Positions 12,501 to 24,596 of a stretch of 64,000 bases of DNA are shown here, one piece after another. The notes beneath the pieces were generated by a model. It was not told where the DNA came from, made no database searches, and saw only the letters and a list, made by a program, of their open reading frames with translations. The stretch is from Chiloscyllium plagiosum (Eukaryota). Position 1 is the first letter of the stretch, and each line of letters begins with the position of its first letter. The position numbers and the translations under genes are program-made. Where the stretch lies: contig NC_057743.1 in NCBI RefSeq assembly GCF_004010195.1, positions 21,987,809-22,051,808 of the forward strand, given 5' to 3'.

Positions 12501-14125
12501 AAAAGTACAAAACGCTCATATGTTGTTAATGAGCAACTTGCTGAAAGACACTTTGAATTAATTGCTGATACCTCCACCTCTTTGTTTACAGTGGTTGTTC
12601 AATTGCCAGTCTTAATCTGCACCTTTGGTGTGCTGCTGCTCCTTCATTCAAAGTATGGTGAATCCATTGTCTGCAACCATAGTGTGCAATGTGATATACA
12701 TATAACCTCACCATTATTTTGTCTCATTTTATGAAGCATCATGTAGACTGCCTGCTTCCTTGGTGGTTCAAGCAAAATGAACAAGTTTAGTGAATGTTAT
12801 TGTTCACAAATACCCCATGTTGTACATTGTATATTCTATCCTGTGATGTATAAGGGTTGTGTACAGGTATCTTGAGCTTCAGATTCCAGCTGAAAGTTTC
12901 AATATTGTCAATTAATAAATGGCCACCCATTCTTTCTTTTTTGAAATATTCAAAGCTTTTGAACTGCTTTCGAACACAGGCATCATCAATGATCCATGGA
13001 GCATGCATTTACTTGTTGGAGGTTTTACTGCCGTTCCTCCTGGACATTCATTGATTGATAGCTTGACCTATTCCAATTCTGAGCATAGTTTGTTGCTATG
13101 CTCAGAAATGACAGCGCTACTCTAAGCAGTGATAGTCTTTGGAAAGCAAGCAAATTTAAAAAAAAAAGCTCACACTGCCTTTCAACTTAATGTTGAAAGT
13201 CATTGGACCCAAACAAAACAGGAAGAGGACATTCAGCAATTCTGCATATAGTGGTTCTGTGTAAGAGCTGTTCAGTTTGCCCCACTCCACTGCTCATCTA
13301 ATGTAGCCTTGTAAATATTTCCCACCAAATGAACTGCTGAATTTACCCGAGTGGTTGAACGTACAGTATGGTAGACCTTGTGTTGAATAGGACCAGAGGA
13401 AATGTGGGCAGTAATACTTGGTACATCATAATCTCTTTCACTCTTTAAATGTGCTTCACTGGGATTTTTTTGGCTAACACTGTCACCTTTCATCTGGTAT
13501 CCACTTGCTTGCCACTTTGGTGGACCGTTTGTCTGGGAGGCAAAATACATATCCTACCTTTCTCCACTATCTGTCAAAATGCCCAGTCGGCATCTCTGGT
13601 AAAAGCCAGTTCCAAGTCTGATTGGAAATGCATCAGGCTAGTAGTCTCACCTTGCAATAACCCAGAGTAAGTAATATGGTAAAACAATGCTGCATTAAGA
13701 ATACAATCATGGGATAATATGTGAGTATGAGGTATTCCTCTTGCATGCCTTGAAAATATCTTGGGAAAGCTAATTCAAGAACACAAGTGATCCATCGCAT
13801 CAAATTACATGGTTGCAGATATGTATTACCCATTATTAGGAGAGCACATGAGCAGTATCAGAATAAGATAGGAGATAGAATTTGAAAAAAGTAGCTGTTT
13901 GTACTCCAAAATTTGATAGTTGTATTGTTACACAGTACAGTGATATAGTGATGGGGACATTAATGGTTGTGATAGTAATACAGCATTCTCAACTGAAAAT
14001 GTGTTTTAATAAATACAGCATTAGCCTTATTGTTAAGTTGATATTTCCAATAATCTCACTGAAATTGAACTTAGTCCCTTTGTTTTGGTTGCAAGTCTAA
14101 CAGAAAGCATTACTTCTTCAATTAG

Positions 14126-14254
14126 GAAAGTACTTGGTAAGTCGGTGTGAACGTTTCAATGAAGATCCAAACTGTGCAGTGTGCCCAGCAGGAAAGTATA
14201 CTGCTGGATGGAATACTCACAGTTCTTGTGCTCGATGCAAAATCTGTTCTGAAG
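14126..14254 (+). CDS. TNFRSF4: TNFRSF4/OX40-like receptor, exon 2 (CRD1-CRD2)
   Basis: tag|GKYLVSRCERFNEDPNCAVCPAGKYTAGWNTHSSCARCKICSE|gtgag, phase 1-1. Compare human OX40 GNGMVSRC. Confidence 0.85.
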
Positions 14255-14569
14255 GTGAGCCTTACTGACTATGATTGAGTTCCTTACATTCTTACCTTCC
14301 TAATTCAATCAAGGAATGAAGGTGCACTGTCTTGTTTCTATAATTCTGTTAATTGTATAATTTCCAGCCTGGAAGGAGAATCTTCTTCATTCCTATGTCT
14401 GTCTTTTGGTAGAATTCTTCCACTCTGATCCCATTTGCCTGGACCTTTTATGCTTCCTTTTACATTTGTCCCTTTTCCTAAAGCTTGAAGTAACTTTTAA
14501 TGATCTTAACCTCAATAGAAAGGGTTGGTATTTGTTATTATTAAAAATCTGGTTTTAATGTATAGTAGC

Positions 14570-15485
14570 TGAGAAACAGACCCTTTGGTCCAACTTGTCC
14601 ATGATAACCAGGTATCCTAAATTAATCTAGTCCTATTTGTTGCATGTCCCTCTTAAACCCTTCCTATTTATATACTGTATTCATCTAGATGTGTTATAAA
14701 TGTTGACATTGTACCAGCCCCTACAATTTCTTCTGGCACCACTCTGTATGAAAAAGTTGCCCCTTAAATCCTTTCCAATCTTTCTCCTCTCACCTTCAAT
14801 GTATTCCCTCTAGTTTAGGCCTCTACCCTGGGGAAAAGACTTTGACTGTTCTTTCTTTCCATGCCCCTCACAATTTTATAAACTTCTATAAAATCATCTC
14901 TCCAGGGAATCATGCTCCAGGAAAAAAAGCCGCAGTCTATTCAGCCTCTCCCTATTGCTCAAACCCTCCATTCCTGGCAACATCCTTATAAATCCTTTCA
15001 GAACCCTTTCAAATTTCTCGACGTCTTTCCTATAGCAGGGAGACCAGAACTGAATGCATATTCCAAAAGTGGCCTAACCAACGTCCTGTACAGCTGCAAC
15101 ATGACCTCCCAACTCCTTTACTCAATGCATTGACCAATCAAGGCAAATATACCAAACGCCTTCTTCACTATCCTGTCTAGCTGCACTCCACTTTCAAGGA
15201 ACTATGAACCTTCACTCCAAAGTCTCTTTGTTCAACAACATTCCCCAGGATCTTGCCATTAAATGTATAAATCCTGCCCTGACTTTCCCTACCAAAATGT
15301 AGTACATTCATTTTGTAGATTAAACTCCATCTGCCACTCCTTGGCCCATTGGCTCATTTGGTCAAAGTCCTGTTGTACTCTGAGGTAACCCCCTTTGCTG
15401 TCCATTACACCACCAACTTTGTCATCTGCAAACTTACTAACCATATTTCCTAAATTCACATCCAAATCATTTATATAAATAACTG
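14570..15485 (-). mobile_element. CR1-type LINE, 3' portion, decayed
   Basis: YINDLD..VSKFADDxK RT motif, LVRPLLEY and a CR1 3' tail. Confidence 0.85.
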
Positions 15486-15551
15486 GCTGAGAAAGCGAGT
15501 CAATTCGACTGTGGAGGAAGAGCAGCAGGAGAAATGGAGGGAGAAAAAGGA

Positions 15552-15940
15552 GAGTCATAGAGTCATACAGCATGGAAATAGACCCTTCAGTCAAACAAGT
15601 CCATGTCGAGCACGTTTCCAAATTAAACTAGTCCCACCTGCCTGTTCTTGGCCCATATCCGTCCAAACCTTTCCTATGTACTTATCCAAATGTCATTTTA
15701 ATGTTGTAACTGTCCCCACATCCACACTTCCTCTGGAAGTTAATTCCACACAAACCATTCCCTGTGTTTTTAAAAAAAAAATTGCCTCGTGTCTTTTTTA
15801 AAAACTCTTTCTCCTCTCACCTTAAATGTGCCCCCTCATCTTGAAATCACCCGCCCCCCGGCCCCCCATGGAAAAGACCCCTGCCTTTCACCTTATCTAT
15901 ACTGATTTTATAAACCTCCATAAGGTTACCCCTCAACCTC
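15552..15940 (-). mobile_element. CR1-type LINE 3' end
   Basis: gagtcatagagtcatacagcatggaaa tail shared with other CR1 copies in the window. Confidence 0.75.
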
Positions 15941-16257
15941 AAGGATGTAGAAAAAGTTTGAGAAAAGGTAAGAGAATCTGTAGAAGAAACCTCCTACTGT
16001 CCCAGCTGACACTGCATTTAACAAATATAAGTATGGTGTTTTTAAGTAAGACTGTTACATTAGCAGCGATTCCTACCTGTCAGCATCTGGATTGGATCTC
16101 CCTAAACTAATTTTGTGTTCCCGGGATGACTGATTGGGAGGAGCTCCAAGTTTGACATTTTGTTTTATTAAGCGGAAGGCTGTAGGTTGCAAATGAGAGA
16201 ATGTATTGCCATGTGTTTGATATTTTTATAAATCAGCATAACGTCTGTGAACCTGTT

Positions 16258-16525
16258 GGGCGTGGGCAATGACCAGTGGTATTATTGCTAGACTATTAAT
16301 CCCGAGATCTGGGGACTCTGGTTCAAATCCCGCCATGACAGATGGTGAAATTTGGATTCAGTTAAAAATCTGGAATTAATAATCTAATGATGACCATGAA
16401 ACCAACGTCAATTATCAGGAAAACCTCATCTGATTCACTAATGTCCTTTAGGGAAGGTCTGACCTACATGTGACTCCAGACCCATAGCAATGTGGTTGAC
16501 AGGATGGGCAATAAATGCTGGCTTA
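16258..16525 (+). mobile_element. tRNA-derived SINE (SacSINE1/Deu-SINE-like)
   Basis: A/B-box head (cagtggtatt..ggttcaaatccc) and a Deu-like body (cctacatgtgactccagaccc..caatgtggttgac). Confidence 0.65.
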
Positions 16526-16605
16526 GCATTGGATATACAAACTTGATTTTTGACATGAAATTTGCCATAATAATTTCATGAAAATGTATTTTGTTTTCAA
16601 TGCAG

Positions 16606-16689
16606 AATCAGGTGCCACATATAGCAAAAAGTGTGAAAAAGACTCGAATGCTGAATGCTCGTGCGGCAAAGGCAAACAATTAACAGCAG
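16606..16689 (+). CDS. TNFRSF4: TNFRSF4/OX40-like receptor, exon 3 (end of CRD2, short CRD3)
   Basis: cag|ESGATYSKKCEKDSNAECSCGKGKQLTA|gtatg, phase 1-1. Confidence 0.85.
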
Positions 16690-16915
16690 GTATGAAATGG
16701 TTAACATCCAATATATTGTGTGACAGAAGCAAGGATCTGTAGCACAATGGAGAGTGTCTTGGCCTGCCATGGCATTGCAATACTGTGTAACAGGAAGGCA
16801 AATGGAGTTGAGGCTACAGTCTGATGGTGGAGTAGGCTCAAGGGGATGAATACTTCTCATACGTCTGTCGTCTACATTTGAACAACCTTGATGTTGCAGG
16901 ATGAGTGATAATGTT

Positions 16916-17423
16916 TCCACTTTTTCCTCTGATTTTAGCAAACATTTCTGTTTAAAAATGACACAATTGCAATTAAAATGTACAGCAAACTGTAGTTTGT
17001 TCACTTGAAAGTATATGATTTAGTGGTATAAATCCTGTTGGTTGATTTCAAAATAAAATTGGCGTATGAGGCTCTTGGTCTCCATATTAAATCTTTAACC
17101 CAACAGCTTTTCGATATCTTTTTACTGGTCAGTGTCAAAGTTTCTTTGGATAGGTATCAGAGGTAGTTGAATGTTAATGATGACAGTACCCATTCTTCCC
17201 GTAACTGGAAATGTTTTCCAGTGACAATGACCAGCAAAAAGACCTTGAGAACCATTTTACATAGAGAGCAACAAGCCTCATATGCCAATTTTCAAATTAA
17301 ACAATCAGGATTTACACCATTGAATCACATGTTTGCAAGTGAACAAACTACAGTTTGCTGTACATTTTAATTGCAATTATGTCATTTTAAGCAGTAGTGT
17401 TCACTAAAATCAGCAAGAAGTGG
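16916..17423. repeat. Long inverted repeat (MITE-like fold-back), arms about 16916-17137 and 17222-17423
   Basis: 16965-17007 is the exact reverse complement of 17336-17378 (43 bp); the flanking arm sequence is recognisably complementary. Confidence 0.85.
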
Positions 17424-17881
17424 TGGAGATAGTTGTTAGGGAATGTAATTCTTTTCCAATCCTTCCAAAATGCAGTTGCAAAGTGGTGAAACGCACCTCT
17501 TTAAACTTCTTTTAACTAAGATTTAAAATTCACTGCAAGTGAAGATTTAGCAAATAGAATCGCTCAAAAGGAACAGCTGATGTTTTTAATTGCACATTTT
17601 TATGTTCTTTGTGACTCAAGAAGACCATGAAATCAGTTAACTGGGAGCTGTACAGTAATCCACTTACAATGGTGAACATGATCCCCATCGAGATTACAAA
17701 AGCAAAATACTGCAGATGCAGGAAATCCAAAACAAAAATGCAAAGTCCTGGGAATACTCAACCATTTGAGCAGCCTCTGCATAGATAGAAACCACGTTAA
17801 TGTTGCATATTGATGATCTTTCATCAGAAGACATTGTGATGAACTGCATTGTCACTTTTAACTTATTTTTATCCATACAAG

Positions 17882-17960
17882 AATCCAATTCCTGTGAGCT
17901 ATGTCCACCAGGATCTTATTCTGATGAAGAAGGCAATAAAACCTGCAAGCCCTGGACCTG
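17882..17960 (+). CDS. TNFRSF4: TNFRSF4/OX40-like receptor, exon 4 (CRD3 end, CRD4)
   Basis: aag|ESNSCELCPPGSYSDEEGNKTCKPWT|gtatg, phase 1-2. CKPWT is as in the OX40/GITR/4-1BB group. Confidence 0.88.
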
Positions 17961-18570
17961 GTATGTGAAACATTTGATCAGCTTTGTAACTGACAAGTGT
18001 ACAATTTAAAGCAGTGCAGGTCTGTATATGATTTAAGTGTCAGGACTGATGGTCATCCCAGCTAGTTTACCCTCACTCAATTAAAAAAAGATTAATTTCC
18101 ATGAACAAATGTTCACCCTTATAAACTGTAATGAAAACTAGTGCTGCAAGTAGTCCTTTGTGTTATTACATGAAGATTCTACGACACACTAACAACACCT
18201 ACATAAATACTTAATCTGTGGGGTTGGTGGCTTAGTATAGAAGTGTCTGACATTATCATTTATAACAGTTCACAGCAGTTTAACATCCAATGGGTAAAGA
18301 CTGCTATGAACACAGTACTTTAATATTGCCAATGTATGCAAGAGGGGACTGAAGAGATATTTGGAGGAGAAAGTAATGAAGGATAGGAGAGGTAGACTGA
18401 TGCATTGAAAATGTGCTTTAGGATGTTTGACTTTCAGTTTGGCCTCATCCAGTCCTTTGCTTTCTCTATTGGCTCTGGATAAAGAGATAATTCATTCAAA
18501 GTTTGTGAGAAGATTTGTAGCTCGGGTGCTCGTTGTTGTGGTTCTGTTCGCCGAGCTGAGAATTTGTGTT

Positions 18571-18610
18571 GCAGACATTTCGTCCCCTGTCTAGGTGACA
18601 TCCTCAGTGC
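18571..18610 (-). ncRNA. Minimal type I hammerhead ribozyme, intact core
   Basis: Minus strand reads GCA-CUGAGGA-U-GUCACCU(AGAC)AGGGGAC-GAAA-UG-UC-UGC: helix I GCA/UGC, CUGANGA and GAAA core, UH cleavage site. Confidence 0.75.
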
Positions 18611-19726
18611 TTGGGAGCCTCCTGTGAAGCGCTTCTGTGATGTTTCCTCCGGTATTTATAGTGGTTTGTCTCTGCCCGCTTCCGACTGTCAGTTCCAGCT
18701 GTCCATTGCAGTGGTCGGTATATTGGGTCCAGGTCGATGTGCTTATTGATGAGTGCCATGCCTCTAGGAATTCCCTGGCTGTTCTCTGTTTGGCTTGTCC
18801 TATAATAGTTTTGTCCCAGTCGAACTCATGTTGCTTGTCATCTGTGTGTGTGGCTACTAAAGATAGCTGGTCGTGTCGTTTCGTGGCTAGTTGGTGTTCA
18901 TGGATGCGGATCATTAGCTGTCTTCCTGTTTGTCCTATGTAGTGTTTTGTGCAGTCCTTGCATGGGATTTTGTACACTACATTGGTTTTGTTCATGATGG
19001 TATTGGGTCCTTCGTTTTGGTGAGTTGTTGTCTGAGAGTGGCTGTTGGTTTGTGTGCTGTACACCAGAACTGCAAAAAGAGGAAGAAGAACACCCCTACA
19101 ATGTATTCACCAAAATCGGCTACCCGCGCAATTTCATCAACAGATGCCTAAGGGAAAGACAATGGAACGAGGACATGCCGCAACCCAAAGGACTAGCCAC
19201 ACTACCATACATCAAGAGCATTTCCAAACAGACAGCCAGACTACTGCGACCACTAGGACTCATAACAGCACACAAACCAACAGCCACTCTCAGTCAACAA
19301 CTCACCAGAATGAAGGACCCGATACCCAGCATGGGCAAAACCAATGTAGTGTATAAAATCCCATGCAAGGACTGCACAAAACACTACATAGGACAAACAG
19401 GAAGACAGCTAACGATCCGCATCCATGAACACCAACTAGCCACGAAACGACACGACCAGCTATCCTTAGTAGCCACACATGCAGATGACAAGCAACATGA
19501 ATTCGACTGGGACAACACTACAATTATAGGACAGGCCAAACAGAGAACAGCCAGGGAATTCCTAGAGGCATGGCACTCATCCACAGATTCAATCAATAAG
19601 CACATCGACCTGGACCCAATATACCGGCCACTGCAGCGGACAGCTGGAACTGACAACCGGAAGCGGGCAGAGACAAACCAAATGCTGGAGGAAAGATCAC
19701 AGAAGCGCTTCACAGGAGGCTCCCAA

Positions 19727-19766
19727 GCACTGAGGATGTCACCTAGACAGGGGACGTAACGTCTGC
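19727..19766 (+). ncRNA. Minimal hammerhead motif with core mutation (GAAA to GUAA)
   Basis: GCA-CUGAGGA-U-GUCACCUAGACAGGGGAC-GUAA-CG-UC-UGC. Confidence 0.6.
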
Positions 19767-19964
19767 AACACAAACTCCCAGCTCGGCGAACAGAACCACA
19801 ACAGATAATTCATTTTCACCTAGTTCAGTCCAACTCAAATAGCACTGAACTTTGTCCCATTCCAAAAATCAGAAAGTAACGAAAGGGAATAGATTGATCC
19901 TCTGTTTATCCTGTCATTACTTTTGGAAAGGAGAAAATTATGGAAAATAACATTCTAGAATAAG

Positions 19965-20260
19965 GTTTACGGTCAAGGTCTTTTTCCAAGGGTAAGGGAG
20001 TCCAAAAGGTGAGTGGGAAAAGATTTAAAAGGGACCCAAGGGGTAACTTTTTTTCATGGCAAGGGTGGTTTGTATATGGGATAAGTTGCCAGAGGAACTA
20101 GTAGATGCAAGTACATTTAACAAAATTTAGAAGACATTGGGACAGGTACATGAATAAGGTAAAGTTTAGAGGGATATGGGCTGAACACAGACAAATTGGG
20201 CTAATTCAGTTTAGGATAACTGGTTGAGTTGGACCAAAGGGTCTGTTTCCATGCTGTATG
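19965..20260 (+). mobile_element. CR1-type LINE 3' end, decayed
   Basis: agatttaaaagggacc..aggggtaactttt..gagggatatggg..ggaccaaagggtctgtttccatgctgtatg tail. Confidence 0.7.
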
Positions 20261-20554
20261 AGTGTTTCACCAGTGAGTGAGTTTTGAGCATATTCTGTTA
20301 TTTCTGAACTCCCCTTTCCATGTCCCACAGACATGTTTGAGCTTGTTATTTCTGAGCAGTCCACTGTTTATTCCATGATCATAAAGTAATGCAACAATCC
20401 CTGTCAGAATGTAAAGACATCAGAGGGGTTTACTCTAGAGAAGATGGCCACTTGGCCCAAATTTTCTCTGCTAGGTCTCTAAAGGAGCAGTTGTGCTTCA
20501 ACTCACACAGAAAAGATTGTTTTACTATTGAAACATTGGATCTTTTTCATATAG

Positions 20555-20739
20555 TTGTGAAGAAAATGGACAACAGTTAATTAAAAATGGTTCAAGTACG
20601 GAGAATGTAGTATGTGGTATGTCCAAGATCACCACAACGCAAGGTAGAAGCTCCTTTAATCCTACGACTGTGCTCAGGACAACAATGCCCAGTGCCTCAA
20701 CCAGACCAAGTCCTTCAGTAACTACAGCAAACCAGCCAG
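20555..20739 (+). CDS. TNFRSF4: TNFRSF4/OX40-like receptor, exon 5 (CRD4 end and Ser/Thr/Pro-rich stalk)
   Basis: tag|(C)CEENGQQLIKNGSSTENVVCGMSKITTTQGRSSFNPTTVLRTTMPSASTRPSPSVTTANQP|gtagg, phase 2-1. Confidence 0.85.
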
Positions 20740-21970
20740 GTAGGTGTTGACTCTCTCAAACATTATTTCAGTGTGGAAAAAAATAGATTTCTTTATTGCT
20801 TTAATGATGAATCAAGCCTTTAAACGGTCACTATGTTTACAGTTACGGTTATGCAAACCAAGCAGCAGGGCCAGGGATTCTCTGGTACTTTCCAGTTATT
20901 TCACTGGTGGGCTAGTGGGAGCCTCAGTCAAGCATGGACACAGGCCCCATTTCCAGCTGGTGGGGTACCATGGAAATTCCCAACCCTAGATCTTTATTTT
21001 TCTCTGGAGGGGGAGCGAGCTGCGCAAACAGATCATTCCAAGGGCTGGCAGCTCCGCTTAATGCTAGAGCCTGACGTATGGAGGACAATTGGCCACGCAC
21101 CATTGGTATTAACTTTGGTTGATCCTAATTCTGCCGCCTCTTTAAAATAAAAACCTGCATTTCTATCTCATCTTTCACAAACTTATAACATCCCAATGCA
21201 CTTTACAGCAAATGAGGTACCTTTTGAACCGCAGTCATAATGCACAGCAATGTGATGAAGATTGGATCATCTGTTTTCAGTGAAATTGGCTGGGGATAAA
21301 TATTGGGCAAAAAACCGTGAGAACTCCCTTGTTCTCCTTCAAAGAATATCATCGATGCTTTTAGAGCTGACGAGGGAGGCCTATGTTTGCAGCTCATTTG
21401 AAAGACGGATATGACAAAATATCCAGGACTAGTGCAAAGCTCAGTGCTACAGAATTGCAAGCAAATTCCATTGAGCAGTAAGTAAGGGCAAGCAAACCAC
21501 AGGCAAGTGTAAAATCTGGGACTTTGTTTGAGGATTCCCAGCCACCCTATGTAACACATTTACTCATTAAGCCACCAGAGTAATATTTGAGGTCATAGGT
21601 TGTGACAGTTGTACCACAAGACTCTGCATTCTTCCAATTTAGACGCTTGTAAATCCCTATTTCCGTTGTTCCATCAGTCCTGGTGATGCCTTCATATGTC
21701 CAAGCCTTAAATTCAGAAATTTTATTCCTGGACCTACACTCTGCTTCCTTTTAATGCCTTAAAAATGTCTTTGACCAAGCATTTAATCATCTATCCAGTA
21801 TCTCCTGAAGGCTCCCATGAGTATATTTGATATGTCAAAGGCTCTACACAAATATCAGTTGTTGTTGCTTCCTTGGTAATCAAAATGCTTGTATAAAAAT
21901 AAGAGTTTTTTGACATGTTTGAAGTTTTGGAATGTAGACTGTATCAATATCATGCTACCTTTTCTCTTAG

Positions 21971-22081
21971 CCACGGCTGTCGAAGATAAATTTTATATTG
22001 GGATCATCGTTGTGGCAGCTCTGATTTTTCTCATTGTCCTAATAAAAAGGAGAAAATTGTACTTGGAGATGAAAAAGCAAG
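21971..22081 (+). CDS. TNFRSF4: TNFRSF4/OX40-like receptor, exon 6 (transmembrane)
   Basis: tag|ATAVEDKFYIGIIVVAALIFLIVLIKRRKLYLEMKKQ|gtgag; TM helix followed by a basic stop-transfer segment. Confidence 0.88.
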
Positions 22082-22180
22082 GTGAGCACAAAGAAACATT
22101 GTAAAATATCATAGTTTTCATTCATTTTTATCTGCTTCACAACGTGTTTTATCCTTTTAATATAAAAAACAGGTGAAATC

Positions 22181-22388
22181 AGTCAGAAGTCACACAACAC
22201 CAGGTTATAGTCCAACAGGTTTATTTGAATTCACAAACTTTCGGAGTGCTGCACCTTTGTCAGGTGAAGACACTTCACCCGATGAGGGAGCAACACTTGT
22301 GATTTCAAATAAACCTGTTGGACTATAACTTAGTGTTGTGAGACTTCTGACTTTGACCACCTCAGTCCAACACTAGCAGTTCCACATC
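22181..22388. mobile_element. Short fold-back Penelope-derived element with two degenerate hammerhead motifs
   Basis: 22181-22352 is palindromic (agtcagaagtc..gacttctgact). The minus arm reads CAC-CTGACAA..CTCC-GAAA-GTTT-GTG. Confidence 0.75.
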
Positions 22389-23841
22389 AGTTGAAATTTG
22401 GTGACAGCAGCCTGGAGACTCTTCACTTGATTCAGGATAGAATCCAGTTTTACCAGCCAACCTTTCCCTTGATAATTGATAATTTGATCAGTTTAATGTT
22501 GAAGTGATGTCCAGACTAATTACTATATCTTGGAGTTAGAATTTATTTTACTATTTTAACTTCATCTCAAAACTGCACTGTCTGATGGCATTCTTTCTTC
22601 CATGTATTTCGTGTCATGCTAGGATTTTAAGTTTCTCCATTATTGCAGCTTCATTATATTTACACATAATGTGTGTGTCTAATCCCTCGGAACAATGGCA
22701 CTTGCTCATGGGTAGAATTGGCGGGTGTGAGTCCCTTTTTTAACCTGGGATTGCAGTTGCCCTGCAGCTACTACATTGTTTCGGCTGACAAGGAACCTAC
22801 CCTGCTCTTACTGTCTGCTATTGGTATATTAGAAAGATTTAGAGATCAATAATAAAGTTATTTGGCTGCATTTGACACACAACTGTGTGTTCACAAAATC
22901 CTGAGAAGAAGCTCGAAGCCTCTGATCCAGACACTCTCATTGGACCACAAGACCTCCCCAAAGCACCATTCAATCCTGTATTATAAACTTGCAAAGCTGT
23001 GGAGAGTTTAAACCATTACCTTTTACTAGTTATTAACATTCTCCAAATTAAAGCATCAGGAACTTGAGATGGTTAAACAGGTGGAGGAGATAATGCATTC
23101 AGTGTACTGAGAGATAGCTAACTTGTGCAAAGGAGTCAAGTATTTCAAGAGTACACATGCTAAATTATTTTCAATTATTAAAATAATGTTTAATCTCTAA
23201 AATGATTAATGGCATTTAAGCAAACTGAAGTCATAAAACAGATTTTTTTGTTGTTGTCATAGTCAATAGGTCAGGAGGACTGCTCTCTCATCAGAAAGAA
23301 AGATGACTGATGCTGAGGTTAGACTGAGGGTCACCACACCTCGGGTGAGATCGAGAAAATGGGACCTTCATGGTGACCTCAGCCAGCCCAGAAATGAGCC
23401 CAAGCAATGGCATCACTGTGCATCACAAATCAGCCAACTGAGCTATCCTTATCTCACCGGCCATATAGCACCTCCTTTGCAATGCAAAATGATGGAAGCC
23501 AAACTGATTTTAAAAAATGGAGTCTGGGGAATCACAGGCAGGACCCAGTGTAATGCTGCAGGTACATGCCTTCACTGCTGCTTCCAGGAAGTTGTATGGG
23601 AAGAAGTGCCAGCTGAGGAGGCATTAGGAATACGTTTTATACCCCACACGTCTTTTCTATCCTAATGCGTAGAACCACCTTTTTACACCTGGATACTGAA
23701 TGTACCCAGTTTTCATTGAAGAAAGTAACAGCCTGATTAGAATTAATGAAAAGGTCACAAAAAAAGTTTTCTTTTATTTATGAGAAACTGATAGTTAGCC
23801 TTTGTAATTAACATATAATTTTATTGTACCATTAATTACAG

Positions 23842-23927
23842 ATTTCTACCATTGTTTGGGGATCAAAAAAGATATAAAGGGTCCAGTGCAAGAAGAATCC
23901 AATGATATCACATCAGTGCAAGTATAA
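23842..23927 (+). CDS. TNFRSF4: TNFRSF4/OX40-like receptor, exon 7 (cytoplasmic tail with TRAF motif)
   Basis: cag|DFYHCLGIKKDIKGPVQEESNDITSVQV*. PVQEE compares with OX40 PIQEE. The seven exons total 810 nt in one frame. Candidate AATAAA at 25445. Confidence 0.85.
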
Positions 23928-24455
23928 AACTGATCCCGGCATCTTCTACAGATTTGAAGTTGACAGTTAACTCAACTGAAGACCAAACCAGTTCTTTGGT
24001 TATGCGGAGAGAGTTGTCATTTTAAACTAAAGAAATGAGGGAAAGGCTACATACATTGTAGCTTGGGAGAATCATAACTGAGACTGATGACATTCTACCT
24101 CCCTCAGGAGTATTTTCTATAAAATGGCATATACTTTGTAAATACTCAGAAATCTCACACTGGCTATCTTGTTTTGGAGAACACTGTGCAAGCTTGAAAT
24201 CTCAACTGAGTCTGCTGGTCGTCCTGATATGCAAAGAAACTGGAAGCATTGTTTTAAGAAGAGAACAGGGCAGTGGAATTCATAGAATTTTTTGTCCAAC
24301 TCAACCATACTGTCCAAATTAAAGCCAGCACAGAAATGGTGGACTGAGCTCCAAACTATTGGAGTTTTGTTTGCAAATATATTTTAAAAACTTGTAAACA
24401 GACATAATTCTGTGAGAATTTTCACACTACATTTTACTTTGATTTAGAGAAATGT

Positions 24456-24596
24456 GGGCGGCACGGTGGCACAGTGGTTAGCACTACTGCCTCACAGCGC
24501 TAGAGACCCGGGTTCAATTCCCACCTCAGGCGACTGACTGTGTGGAGTTTGCACGTTCTCCCCGTGTCTGCGTGGGTTTCCTCCAGGTGCTCCGGA
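24456..24596 (+). mobile_element. HE1-type tRNA-derived shark SINE (5' part)
   Basis: gggcggcacggtggcacagtggttagcact..gggttcaattccc..tgtgtggagtttgcacgttctccccgtgtctgcgtgggtttcctcc (V-SINE core). Confidence 0.85.

Larger units (their letters stand above)
18498..19803. mobile_element. Penelope-like (Poseidon-type) insertion: inverted fragment 18498-19060 (-) joined to direct fragment 19061-19803 (+)
   Basis: ORF 19025-19759 has LPYIKSIS..NVVYKIPCKDCTKHYIGQTGRQLTIRIHEH (GIY-YIG). 18532-19060 is the reverse complement of about 19265-19803. Confidence 0.93.

Noticed and set aside
7000-14100. Numerous 60-106 aa ORFs in receptor intron 1 and other AT-rich stretches
   Set aside because: No domain motifs, splice context or compositional signal; consistent with chance and old repeat debris.
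24456-24530. tRNA-like A/B boxes (also at 16260, 30745 and 30990)
   Set aside because: These are SINE heads that continue into SINE bodies, not tRNA genes.
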